This document shows positions 1 through 12,152 of a stretch of 64,000 nucleotides of DNA, in pieces; position 1 is the stretch's first letter, and every line of letters starts with the position of its first letter. The DNA lies in contig NW_018408472.1 of the NCBI RefSeq assembly GCF_002113885.1, positions 1-64,000 of the forward strand, written 5' to 3'. This DNA is from Mizuhopecten yessoensis (Eukaryota). The notes below the pieces were generated by a model. That model did not search any database. It saw nothing but the letters and a program-made list of their open reading frames with translations, and was not told the DNA's origin. The position numbers and the translations under genes were made by a program.

Positions 1-534
1 CTGACTATATCAGTAGACGTATGACAGATATATAGTGTAGTCCTGTTATAAGTCCTCTGACTATAACACTAGCCATAAAATAATGTCTGTACATGTTCAT
101 TAATATTCAGCATTGCTGACTTAGACCTGTATTGATCTGTACGCACTGTGTAGACTTCTTCTTCTAAATGTAAATATATACAGACAGAATACATATACAT
201 CAATGTATACCACACTCACAAGACTTTACAAGACACAGTGAAACAGAACAGTTACATGTACATATACAATATGTATATATGTATATGTATAAAAAGTACG
301 ATCTAACAACCGACTAGAAAAACAAACTGCTTTCACCCTTCACAGAGGCTCATGGGCCTTAACGGTCACCCAAATTCTGATATATTTATACAGAGAGTTG
401 ATTTTTGTTTTTAAAACATGAACAGAAGTATTATTCAAAGTGACAAAAAACAATAAAACAACCTTATTCAATATCTAACATACAGATTTAAGACTTAAAA
501 GTATTTGAATTAAGCACCTCTGATTTTAAACAAG

Positions 535-2053
535 AACAAGAGGCCCAATGGGCCTGCATCGCTCACCTGGTATAAATCTCACACTTGTAACCTTAAAAGT
601 GATCTAAAATAAAGCTACAGGCAAAATATCAGAATTTATGATTAAAATTCATTCAAAAGTCCCATTTTTGTTTTTTTTAAACATTTCACCCCTGTGATTG
701 AAAGTCGAACCAAGTCATTATGTTGAACAAATTTTATAGCCTTTCATCTCAGGATGCAACTTGCAAAGTATCAACATCCTTGGATTCAGAAGAGGTCGTT
801 TAAAGATTTTACAAATTTGACCCCTGTGACCTTGAATATAAGTCAAAGTCATTCACTTTAACAAACATAGTAGTCCTTGATCCAAGCATGCTACTGATTA
901 AATATCAACATCCTGGTCCTTTTGGTTATTCAGAACAAGTTGTTTAAAAAATTTGAACATATTTGCTCCTTGTGACCTTGAATATGATTCAAGGTCATAC
1001 ATTTGAACAAACTTGGTAGCCCTTGATCCTAGTATGCTACTGACCAAATATCATCACCCTGTGCATTTTGGTTATTCAAAAGAAGTTGTTTAATGTTTTT
1101 CACATATTTGACCCCTGTGACCTTGAATATAGGTGAAGGTCATTCATTTTAACAAACTTGATAGCCATTTACCCTAGCATGCTACTGGCCAAATATCATC
1201 ACTCTTGGCATTTTGGTTATTGAGAAGAAGTTGTTAAAATATTTTGAACATATTTGCTCCTTGTGACCTTGAATATGTTTCAGGGTCATACATTTGAACA
1301 AACTTGGTAGCCCTTGATCCTAGTATGCTACTGACTAAATATCATCACCCTGGGCATTTTGGTTATTCAAAAGAAGTTGTTTAATGTTTTTCACATATTT
1401 GACCCCTGTGACCTTGAATATAGGTGAAGGTCATTCATTTTAACAAACTTGATAGCCATTTACCCTAGCATGCTACTGGCCAAATATCATCACTCTGGGC
1501 ATTTTGGTTATTGAGAAGAAGTTGTTTAAAGTTTTTTACATATTTGACCCCTGTGACCTTGAATATGGGAGAAGGTCATTCATTTGAACAACTTTGTAGC
1601 CCTTCATTTCAGCATGCTACTGGCCAAATATCATCACCCTGGGCATTTTGTTATTGAGAAGAGGTTGTTTCAAAGTTTTTTAAGACAATTGACCCCTGTG
1701 ACCTTAAATATAATTGAAGGTCATTCATTTGAACAAACTTGGTAGCCCTTCACCCAAGCATGCTACTGGCCAAATATCATCTCCCTGGGCAGTTTGGTTA
1801 TCGAGAAGAAGATGTTTAAAGTTTTTAACATATTTGACCCCTGTGACCTTAAAAATGGGTCAAGGTCATTAATTTTAACAAACTTTGTAGCCCTTCATCC
1901 CAGTTTGCTTCTGGCCAAATATCGACAGCCTAGGCCTTTCAGTTATTAAGAAGAAGTCGCTTAAAGTAAAATATTGACGCCGGACGATGGACGGACGACG
2001 GACGCCGCGCCACGGCATAAGCTCACTTGGCACTTCGTGCCAGGTGAGCTAAA
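535..2053 (+). mobile_element. Non-autonomous Helentron/HINE-like (pearl-type) element, family A, with an internal ~145-bp tandem core
   Basis: Starts aacaagaggcccaatgggcc...gctcacctgg. About 8-9 copies of a ~145-bp unit (ttgacccctgtgaccttgaatat...). (GGAC)n microsatellite at ~1981-2005. Terminal hairpin agctcacttggcacttcgtgccaggtgagct followed by AAAAA. Confidence 0.75.
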
Positions 2054-2159
2054 AATGAGGACATTTTAGCACACTGACTCCTTTGGGCCCCACCCTCCAG
2101 CCCTTTGGGGTAGCGCTGGCTCAAAATGTTCAAAGTATCATACTGTCAACTCAGGGTTA

Positions 2160-2271
2160 NNNNNNNNNNNNNNNNNNNNNNNNNNNNNNNNNNNNNNNNN
2201 NNNNNNNNNNNNNNNNNNNNNNNNNNNNNNNNNNNNNNNNNNNNNNNNNNNNNNNNNNNNNNNNNNNNNNN
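2160..2271. other. Assembly gap (N run)
   Basis: Run of n bases inside the repetitive element. Confidence 0.99.
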
Positions 2272-3257
2272 AATTGTGCCCCCTCCCGTTCCCCAGGGGT
2301 AAACGTGACACCCTAGGGTCATAAAATTTACAATTTTGATAGAGCACCTTAAAACCCTTCCATCTATGAAGAGTATTTGATTCTACCATATCTGGGTCTT
2401 GAGAAGAAGATTTTGAAATTTTAGTCTATTAAACCTTTTTTGGCCCCACCCATCCGCCCCTGGGGGTCAATCAGGGCCGATATGTGCATACCATCAAACT
2501 GCTATCCAATACTGATAATGCTAACCCAAATTGAATTACTTCCAATGGAAATTAAACAAATGTTAGTCCAAAATGTGATTTTCCTATATAAGCTATAGTA
2601 AAGTTTACCCCCACCCCAGGGGGAAACGTGAGACCCCAGAGTCAAGAAATACACAATTTTGGTTAAGCACCTTAAGACCCTTCCAACTATGAAGAGTATT
2701 TGATTCTACCATATGTGCGTCTTGAGAAGAAGATTTTTGAAATTTTAGTCAATTTGACCCTTTTTGGCCCCGCCCCTCAAGCCCCTGGGGGCTGGGGACC
2801 AAATCAGCCACTATTTTTGTTGACCTTTGGCCATGGAAGAATTCTGCAAAATTTCATTGTAATTGGTTCAGGGGTTTTGGAGAAGAAGTCGAAAATGTAA
2901 CGACGGACAAAAGGCGATCGCAATAGGTCACTTGAAACTTTGTCTCAGGTCAGGTGACCTAAAAATTACAATGTGACGTTTTGATGACTAGTACGATATG
3001 TACACTGTCACCTTCATCAGACAAATGACCAGTGAAGCGTATGTACACAAATGTATAAAGTGTGTACGAGTTCGGCTACACTGTAAGCGTATGCACAATA
3101 TAGTTGTTATATACGTACCGAAATGACTCGATTCAACTACGCTTTGTTTAATACTCTGTCATAGATGTGCGAGAGTTTCTGAGCCATCGTCTTGATTTAG
3201 AACTGAACCAATGCAGCGTATCCAGCTGGATTCCTTTAATTGCCGCTTGAACAGATT

Positions 3258-3421
3258 AATAGAACCATCCCCGATGTCAGGTATGGATAAGGTAATTCAA
3301 ACCCAAGGGATGGAATATTGAGCAGGAGACCCGAGGTTTTGCCGATGGTCTTTTGCTCAATATTTTATCCCGAGGGTTTGGATTATCTTATCCATACCTC
3401 ACATTAGGGATGGATTCTATT
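3258..3421. repeat. Long imperfect inverted repeat (~75-bp arms), probably the end of a palindromic non-autonomous DNA element (Crypton-like)
   Basis: aatagaaccatccccgatgtcaggtatggataagg...gacccgagg pairs with ...ggtcttttgctcaatattttatcccgagggtttggattatcttatccatacctcacattagggatggattctatt. The Crypton label is from recalled similarity of the ccgaggttttgccga loop only. Confidence 0.6.
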
Positions 3422-3685
3422 TCTTGCTTATTACATAAAACACGTAAAAACAGCTGCTCTTTTAGTAAAGTTGTCAACTGTCAGCGCATTTCTCATTTGC
3501 TTATGCACCAATGACAATTGTTAATGACGTCAATGACCATGACTGACCCCAAATCGTCATAAAATGACCTCACGAACAATAGCGTGACCCCGAAGGGTCA
3601 CTATAATTCACCCGCCAGTCTGCGCGTGTAAGCGATCTAGACCCGTGGGTCGGATAGAATTTATCTCGGTCTTGTCTGCAAGAAT

Positions 3686-3778
3686 GCTCTCTCTGTCCAA
3701 AACTTTGGAATTTTCCCAGTCAATCACATAATTTTTCTGTGTGGCATGGTCTGTGATTGCCAGTTTATTTATCTGGGA
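3686..3778 (-). mobile_element. Fragment of a Penelope-like retroelement GIY-YIG endonuclease region
   Basis: Translates to SQINKLAITDHATQKNYVIDWENSKVLDRES, matching the typical PLE endonuclease motif (SA-I-x-DH...NH-x-IDW...K-I/V-LD-x-E). Confidence 0.55.
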
Positions 3779-3966
3779 CTTAATGTACATATTAAAGTGG
3801 TTGACTTGTACATTGTTTTCAAGTGCAAGACATCTCAAGAACATTTATTTAAGTGAAAGACTTGTGTCAAGTCTTCTGATCTATATATTCGTTTTTCTCT
3901 TGCACAAAATGATCCCATCACTATATGTTAATATCATGAAAAAAATTATTAATGATTTTTTTAAAT

Positions 3967-3972
3967 TTTATT
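3967..3972 (-). promoter_or_regulatory. Candidate TAF10 polyadenylation signal (AATAAA)
   Basis: AATAAA on the minus strand about 600 nt after the TAF10 stop, followed by T-rich sequence. Confidence 0.4.
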
Positions 3973-4577
3973 GTTCATTTCAAATACAACTTACAAAATG
4001 TTCCCCATATTTTTACTACAACAAAAACCCTAGAAAGTGAACCCATATGTTAACAATATCATTTCTATTAAATTCCAGGATTCTTTGTATGATTATTTTG
4101 CCTTTAATGTTTTAAAACTTCAAATGAATAAACACTTTTAAATATAATTTCTTTTTCATTAAATATATATTGACTGTGTACAACATAATAATCTAAAGGA
4201 ATTGGTTGGTAAGAATGCTAACTTATAGGAAAAGATATGGTAATCTGTAATTCCTCTGTCCATCATGGTAATATGCTACTTGGCAAACGATGGTGATGAT
4301 GATGATGTTGACACGATGATGATGATGATGACACCGGCAACAATGTCTTTTCTTACTTCTAAGAAGAGGCCAATCTAATGGATTTTTAACAAGGTAGTAT
4401 AGTTGTCCCGAATAGAAACACTGCAGTACCCTTTTAATCTTAATTGCATTTTAGATTAACAGTAATCTAATGGTTTCTACTCTGTAGAACCTTGTCGACC
4501 ACAACCTATCAGTCACTTATGGAAATCTGTCTAACTTTTACAAAGTGTAATGAAGATGTCTGTATGCTGTGTTAGTG

Positions 4578-4667
4578 CTATACAAAGTAGGCAGGCTTCT
4601 TCACATTGATCCCGTACTCAGACAGTGCAGGTGTTAGGTCATCCATGGTTAAAACCAGTTTTTTGTC
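4578..4667 (-). CDS. TAF10: TAF10 last coding exon (DKKLVLTMDDLTPALSEYGINVKKPAYFV*)
   Basis: Conserved TAF10 C-terminus (LTMxDLTPALSEYGINVKKP). CAG acceptor at 4668-4670, TAG stop, 90 nt, phase 0. Confidence 0.95.
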   Translation of the reverse strand, partial: DKKLVLTMDDLTPALSEYGINVKKPAYFV

Positions 4668-5084
4668 CTGGAATTCAGAGAAAAAACCATTTAAGTCATT
4701 AATTCGGCCATTGAGCGACATATTTTTTTATGTCTAAAAAAATGATATTTACAAAGAGTGAAAAATATCTAAATGCTTTCTACACGGTGGTAATAAAACC
4801 AATCAGTAAGAAATCTTGCATAAGAGATCACTTCTCTATTACTACATGTAGAGTCAACCTTATTTAGAAATAATAGTTCTATACCCACAGTTGTACCACT
4901 CCACATGCTATAAATACCAGTAAGTCAACCTTTCCTTTTGAGACTACCTGTCTTTGTATCTATTTATAGCAATGGCACATTCATAACTACATTTATAAAC
5001 TTAGCCTTAGAGACACCTGTTTATAACTACCACATGACTAGAACTAGTTGAACCTTCCTTAGAGAAAATCAGTATATAGCTCTC

Positions 5085-7555
5085 ACCTGTCTATAGCAGG
5101 TCAACCCTGCCTCAGAGACACCTGTCTATAACATGTCAACCCTGCCTCAGAGACACCTGTTTATAGCAGGTCAACCCTGCCTAAGAGACACCTGTCTATA
5201 ACAGGTCAACCCTGCCTCAGAGACCCCTGTATATAGCAGGTCAACCCTGCCTCAGAGACACCTGTCTATAGCCAGTCAACCCTGCCTCAGAGACACCTGT
5301 TTATAACAGGTCAACCCTGCCTCAGAGACCCCTGTCTATAACAGGTCAACCCTGCCTCAGAGCCACCTGTCTATAACATGTCAACCCTGCCTCAGAGACC
5401 CCTGTATATAACAGGTCAACCCTGCCTCAGAGACATCTGTTTATAACAGGTCAACCCTGCCTCAGAGACATCTGTATATAGCCAGTCAACCATGCCTCAG
5501 AGACACCTGTTTATAGCAGGTCAACCCTGCCTCAGAGACACCTGTCTATAGCAGGTCAACCCTGACTCAGAGACACCTGTCTATAACAGGTCAACCCTGC
5601 CTCAGAGACATCTGTTTATAACAGTCAACCCTGCCTCAGAGACACCTGTCTATAGCCAGTCAACCCTGCCTCAGAGACACCTGTCTATAACAGGTCAACC
5701 CTGCCTCAGAGACATCTGTCTATACCCAGTCAACCCTGCCTCAAAGACACCTGTCTATAACAGGCCAACACTGCCTCAGAGACATCTGTTTATAACAGGT
5801 CAACCCTGCCTCAGAGACACCCTTCTATAACAGGTCAACCCTGCCTCAGAGACACCTGTCTATAATAGGACAACCCTGCTTCAGAGACACCTGTCTATAA
5901 CTACCACCTAATTAGTTTAACCTGCCTGTATAGACAGTATGACTATAGCTCTGACCTGTCTATAACAGGTCAACCCTGCCTTAAAGACACCCGTCTATAG
6001 CTCCCACCTAACTAGTTTAACCTGCCTGTATAGACAGTATGGCTATAGCACTGACCTGTCTATAACTAATCAATCCTGCCCTAGAGACGCCTGTCTATAG
6101 CTACCACCTAACTAGTTTAACCTGCCTGTATAGACAGTATGGCTATAGCTCTAACCTGTCTATAGCTAGTCAACCCTGCCTTATAGACACCTGTCTATAA
6201 CAGGTCAACCCTGCCTTAGAGACGCCCGTCTATAACTACTACCTAACTAGTTTAACCTGCCTGTATAGACAGTATGGCTATAGCACTGACCTGTCTATAA
6301 CTAATCAATCCTGCCCTAGAGACGCCTGTCTATAGCTACCACCTAACTAGTTTAACCTGCCAGTATAGACAGTATGGCTATAGCTCTGACCTGTCTATAG
6401 CCAGTCAACCTTGCTTTAGAGACGCCCGTCTATAACTACCACCTTACTAGTTTAACCTGCCTGTATAGACAGTATGACTATAGCTCTGACCTGTCTATAA
6501 CAGGTCAACCCTGCCTTAGAGACGCCCGTCTATAACTACTCCCTAACTAGTTTACCCTGCCAGTATAGACAGTATGGCTATAGCTCTGACCTGTCTATAG
6601 CGAGTCAACCTTGCCTTAGAGACGCCCGTCTATAGCTACCACCTTACTAGTTTAACCTGTCAGTATAGACAGTATGGCTATAGCACTGACCTGTCTATAA
6701 CTAATCAATCCTGCCTTAGAGACGCCCGTCTATAGCTACCACCTAACTAGTTTAACCTGTCAGTATAGACAGTATGGCTATAGCTCTGACCTGTCTATAG
6801 CCAGTCAACCTTGCCTTAGAGACGCCCGTCTATAACTACCACCTTACTAGTTTAACCTGCCTGTATAGACAATATTGCTATAGCTCTGACCTGTCTATGG
6901 CCAGTCAACCCTGCCTTAGAGACACCCCTCCATAACTACCACCTCACTAGTTTAACCTGCTTGTATAGACAGTATGGCTATAGCTCTGACCTGTCTATAT
7001 CAGGTCAACCCTGCCTTAGAGACGCCCGTCTATTCCGTCTTTGCATATTGCAGAGTTATGTTCTCTTGGCAGCAGGTAATTTTCTGACACAAACCAATGA
7101 GGTTACATTCAATACCTGCTCCCAGGAGAAGATAACTCTGCAATTCACAAAGATGGAGTAACTACCACCTCACTAGTTTAACCTGCCTGTATAGACAGTA
7201 TGGCCATAGCTCCGACCTGTCTATATCAGGTCAACCCTGCCTTAAAGACAACCGTCTATAGCTATCACCTAACTAGTTTAATCTGCCTGTATAGACAGTA
7301 TGTCTATAGCTCCGACCTGTCTATAGCCTGTCAACCCTGCATTAGAGATACCTGTCTATAACTACCACCTAACTAGTTTAACCTACCTGTATAGACAGTA
7401 TGGCTCTGGCCTGTCTATAACTATTCAACCCTGCCTTAGAAACACCTGTCTACAGCTACCACCTCACTAGTTTAACCTACCTGTATAGACAGTATGGCTC
7501 TGGCCTGTCTATAACAGGTCAACCCTGCCTTAGAGACATCTGTCTATAGCTACCT
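5085..7555. repeat. Intronic satellite: 35-bp units (5085-5900) grading into a ~100-bp higher-order unit (5900-7555)
   Basis: Unit agagacacctgtctataacaggtcaaccctgcctc (period 35). The motif actagtttaa then recurs at 6011, 6111, 6246, 6346...6946 (period 100). Confidence 0.95.
7033..7158. mobile_element. 126-bp MITE with ~45-bp terminal inverted repeats, inserted in the satellite and flanked by TA on both sides
   Basis: Left ttccgtctttgcatattgcagagttatgttctcttggcagcaggta versus reverse complement of the right end ctccatctttgtgaattgcagagttatcttctcctgggagcaggta. It interrupts a 100-bp unit at gtcTA^TAactacc. Confidence 0.8.
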
Positions 7556-8201
7556 GCTTTTCAGGTCTCCTGTCTATTGCTTTCTGTTTAGAATCCCCAA
7601 GTGTTCTTATATATACTGTATTTTATAATTTAAGAATTCAATATAATACCTAAGTAAACCCTACATATTTTTGCTCTCCCTGTGTAATCAAAACTTGGTT
7701 TATACACACAGGTCTTGAGGAAATAGAAATATTTCAGAGAAACAAAAAAGGGCCATTGTTGACCCAGCTTCTTTCCTTGAGTTTAACAAAGAATTGTCCT
7801 TACCGACAGAACCATTTTCTTTCATTTGACTACATTTTAATCAAAATTGACCTTTGTCCCTGAAACATGTTATAAATATGTGACGAAAATGAATCAAAAG
7901 TGATCCTCAATAGCTCCAATAATTTTCCGACTTTGATAAAGATTGATCAAAATGGCCCGTATTGTCTCTATTCCTTTTTAGTTTTACAAGAGAATGGGCC
8001 AAAAATGCGTCTATTGTCTTTGTTCTTTCAATACAATGGGCCAAAAATCATCGTTAATGGATCTTACTATATTTCCTTCAGTTGGACAAAATAGGCCCTG
8101 ATCAAAATAGATCAAACATGGCCCTTTATAGCCCCACCTCATTGATTTCAACTGGACAAAATTTGACCTTATGAATTCTCCTTGATTCAGACTTTGTGTA
8201 C

Positions 8202-8313
8202 CTTGTTTTGTTTTTTTGAACTTTGACCTGAAGCCTTCATCTTGCAGTGTTGTAGAGCATCATTAGCGATGTCTGATATAAACTTCTGTGCTGCCAGTGA
8301 CATCAGCCGTGTT
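8202..8313 (-). CDS. TAF10: TAF10 coding exon (TRLMSLAAQKFISDIANDALQHCKMKASGQSSKKQNK)
   Basis: Hallmark TAF10 histone-fold motif LAAQKFISDIANDALQHCK. AG/GT boundaries, 112 nt, phases consistent with neighbouring exons. Confidence 0.96.
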
Positions 8314-8873
8314 CTGCGAGTAAAACAAAGCAAGTTATCTCCCTTACACCAATTAAATAAATCTATCAGAAAATAATTTGAATTTTTATATATATTTTTC
8401 ACTTAATTGAACTTTCAATTTTCAAATATTTTCAAGCAATGAGATAAGTACAATTAGAAAAGTATTTAAACTCTAAAATATTATGAGGGTGCCGACATAT
8501 TTTTTCAATTAAGTTTGCAACCAGCACACAATTAAGTTTATCTTGACAGTTTAATTTTCAGTAGAAACTAGAACTTCTCAGACCATGAAATATCTCTGAG
8601 ACAAATCGGTATGTATCTAACTGATACATCAATCGGTGTGTATCACATGTCAGACTGAAAGCACAATATAATCACTCACTCAGTCATACATGTAGCTTGA
8701 AAAAAGGGACTAGTTGGTCTTGAAACAATGTGACACGCAAATTGTTTGTGTATGAAGTAAAAACTTTGATATCACATATTTCTAAACTGACAAATCCTAT
8801 TGAGGATAAAAGAAAATGCACAGATCTAATCAAGCACTGATAATTCATAATAACTCTGTATGTTGGTACTTAC

Positions 8874-8938
8874 ATTCGCGGATCAGTACATTCTAGCCCA
8901 GCTCTGTTGAGGTAAAATGCTGTCACAGAGTCCGGTAT
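8874..8938 (-). CDS. TAF10: TAF10 coding exon (IPDSVTAFYLNRAGLECTDPRI)
   Basis: Matches the conserved IPDAVTxxYLNRAGFxxxDPRI motif. CAG acceptor, GTAAGT donor, 65 nt. Confidence 0.95.
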
Positions 8939-9034
8939 CTGAGCAAGAGGAATGTAACTTATTTACTTCTGTCAGGTTTTAAACAAAAAAGACAATAAAC
9001 TTAATTCCATTTGAAAGCAGACAGCATTGACAAA

Positions 9035-11784
9035 CCTGACAGTAGTCAATGGACAAGCATTAATGATCCTTGTACTGACAGTAGCCAATGGACTAGCATT
9101 AAGGATCCTTGTAATGATAGTAGTCAATGGACTAGCATTAATGATCCTTGTCCTGACAGTAGTCAATGTACTAGCGTTAAGGATCCTTGTACTGACAGTA
9201 GTCAATGGATTAGCATTAATGATCCTTGTACTTACAGTAGTCAATGGACTAGCATTAATGATCCTTGTTGTACTGAGAGTAGTCAATGGACTAGCATTAA
9301 TGATCCTTGTCCTGACAGTAGCCAATGGACTAGCATTAATGATCCTTGTACTGAGAGTAGTCAATGGACTAGCATTAATGATCCTTGTCCTGACAGTAGT
9401 CAATGGTCTAGCGTTAAGGATCCTTGTACTGACAGTAGTCAATGGATTAGCATTAATGATCCTTGTACTGACAGTAGTCAATGGACTAGCATTAATGATC
9501 CTTGTCCTGACTAGCCAATGGACTAGCATTAATGTTCCTTGTCCTGACAGTAGCCAATGGACTAGCATTAATGATCCTTGTCATGACAGTAGCCAATTGA
9601 CTAGCATTAATGATCCTTGTCCTGACAGTAGGCAATGGACTAGCATTAATGATCCTTGTCCTTTGTCACACTGCACTGTCTGACAGTAGTCAATGGAGAC
9701 GCATTAATGATCCTTGTCCTGACAGTAGCAAATGGACTAGCATTAATGATCCTTGTCCTGACAGTAGCAAATGGACTAGCATTAATGATCCTTGTCCTGA
9801 CTAGCCAATGGAGTAGCATTAATGTTCCTTGTCCTGACAGTAGCCAATGGACTAGCATTAAGGATCCTTGTCCTGACAGTAGCCAATGGACTAGCATTAA
9901 TGATCCTTGTCCTGACAGTAGTCAATGGACTAGCATTAATGAACCTTGTCCTGACAGTAGCCAATGGACTAGCATTAATGATTCTTGTCCTGACAGTAGC
10001 CAATGGACTAGCATTAATGATCCTTGTCCTGACAGTAGCCAATGGACTAGCATTAATGATCCTTGTCCTGACAGTAGCCAATGGACTAGCATTAATGATC
10101 CTTGTCCTGACAGTAGCCAATGGACTAGCATTAATGATCCTTGTCCTGACAGTAGCCAATGGACTAGCATTAATGATCCTTGTCCTGACAGTAGCCAATG
10201 GACTAGCATTAATGATCCTTGTCCTGACAGTAGCCAATGGACTAGCATTAATGATCCTTGTCCTGACAGTAGCCAATGGACTAGCATTAATGATCCTTGT
10301 CCTGACAGTAGCCAATGGACTAGCATTAATGATCCTTGTCCTGACAGTAGCCAATGGACTAGCATTAATGATCCTTGTCCTGACAGTAGCCAATGGACTA
10401 GCATTAATGATCCTTGTCCTGACAGTAGCCAATGGACTAGCATTAATGATCCTTGTCCTGACAGTAGCCAATGGACTAGCATTAATGATCCTTGTCCTGA
10501 CAGTAGCCAATGGACTAGCATTAATGATCCTTGTCCTGACAGTAGCCAATGGACTAGCATTAATGATCCTTGTCCTGACAGTAGCCAATGGACTAGCATT
10601 AATGATCCTTGTCCTGACAGTAGCCAATGGACTAGCATTAATGATCCTTGTCCTGACAGTAGCCAATGGACTAGCATTAATGATCCTTGTCCTGACAGTA
10701 GCCAATGGACTAGCATTAATGATCCTTGTCCTGACAGTAGCCAATGGACTAGCATTAATGATCCTTGTCCTGACAGTAGCCAATGGACTAGCATTAATGA
10801 TCCTTGTCCTGACAGTAGCCAATGGACTAGCATTAATGATCCTTGTCCTGACAGTAGCCAATGGACTAGCATTAATGATCCTTGTCCTGACAGTAGCCAA
10901 TGGACTAGCATTAATGATCCTTGTCCTGACAGTAGCCAATGGACTAGCATTAATGATCCTTGTCCTGACAGTAGCCAATGGACTAGCATTAATGATCCTT
11001 GTCCTGACAGTAGCCAATGGACTAGCATTAATGATCCTTGTCCTGACAGTAGCCAATGGACTAGCATTAATGATCCTTGTCCTGACAGTAGCCAATGGAC
11101 TAGCATTAATGATCCTTGTCCTGACAGTAGCCAATGGACTAGCATTAATGATCCTTGTCCTGACAGTAGTCAATGGACTAGCATTAATGATCCTTGTCCT
11201 GACAGTAGTCAATGGACTAGCATTAATGATCCTTGTCCTGACAGTAGCCAATGGACTAGCATTAATGATCCTTGTCCTGACAGTAGCCAATGGACTAGCA
11301 TTAATGATCCTTGTCCTGACAGTAGCCAATGGACTAGCATTAATGATCCTTGTCCTGACAGTAGCCAATGGACTAGCATTAATGATCCTTGTCCTGACAG
11401 TAGCCAATGGACTAGCATTAATGATCCTTGTCCTGACAGTAGTCAATGGACTAGCATTAATGATCCTTGTCCTGACAGTAGTCAATGGACTAGCATTAAT
11501 GATCCTTGTCCTGACAGTAGCCAATGGACTAGCATTAATGATCCTTGTCCTGACAGTAGCCAATGGACTAGCATTAATTATCCTTGTCCTTTGTCCCACT
11601 GCACTGTCTGACAGTAGTCAATGGACACGCATTAATGATCCTTGTCCTGACAGTAGTCAATGGACACACATTAATGATCCTTGTCCTGACAGTAGCCAAT
11701 GGACTAGCATTAATGATCCTTGTCCTGACAGTAGTCAATGGACACACATTAATGATCCTTGTCCTGACAGTAGCCAATGGACTA
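9035..11784. repeat. 39-bp minisatellite (~70 units) in a TAF10 intron
   Basis: Unit cctgacagtagccaatggactagcattaatgatccttgt. The centre is nearly invariant and the edges are diverged. Confidence 0.98.
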
Positions 11785-12009
11785 CCCCTACTTTCACAAC
11801 GAAAATGCAAGTTGGTGGTATACGTAGCAGCTCTTTCGCTCATTTATATGCTTTAAGACCCAACAGATCTTAAATTATGAACCAAGGTCCTTAAACTGTT
11901 CAAGTATTAAGAAATTAAGAATTTTACAAAATACAACAATGCAATTACAAATAAGGCTCTGTGAGTAATTCCCTGATTATCATATGCAAAAAAAGAAAAG
12001 CTTATTTAC

Positions 12010-12152
12010 CGTAGGGGCATAGTCCTCTAGCTGTTGTACAAAGTCTATGAGTGGTACTCCAGCCGTCTTACTGTCCTGGTGGACCGACTCCTGGGACACC
12101 ACCCCAGGCCCCGGGGTCGACATCACACTTTGTGACAGACCGTCATCAGAAC
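12010..12152 (-). CDS. TAF10: TAF10 coding exon (..SDDGLSQSVMSTPGPGVVSQESVHQDSKTAGVPLIDFVQQLEDYAPT)
   Basis: Ends in the conserved PLxDFxxQLEDYxPT motif. Strong polypyrimidine tract plus CAG acceptor, GTAAAT donor, 143 nt, upstream intron phase 1. Confidence 0.92.

Larger units (their letters stand above)
343..2965 (+). mobile_element. Non-autonomous Helentron/HINE-like element, family B (interrupted by a family A element and by an assembly gap)
   Basis: 5' end cagaggctcatgggccttaacggtcacc matches the 5' end at 44484. The core at 2056-2900 matches the 325-bp core at 44678-45940. 3' end has a GGAC motif followed by the hairpin aggtcacttgaaactttgtctcaggtcaggtgacct and an A-tract. Confidence 0.7.

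Noticed and set aside
2083-2389. ORFs spanning the N run
   Set aside because: They are artefacts of the assembly gap inside a repeat.
7745-8180. Possible third, very decayed Helentron-like element (aaatggccc/aatgggccaaaaa repeats)
   Set aside because: Termini and unit structure are too degraded to support a call.
8972-11873. Overlapping 400-680 aa ORFs (DSSQWTSINDPCP, MILVLTVANGLAL and TRIINASPLATVR repeats)
   Set aside because: They are products of a 39-bp (3n) tandem repeat that is open in several frames on both strands and lies wholly inside a TAF10 intron with intact splice sites. There is no unique domain.
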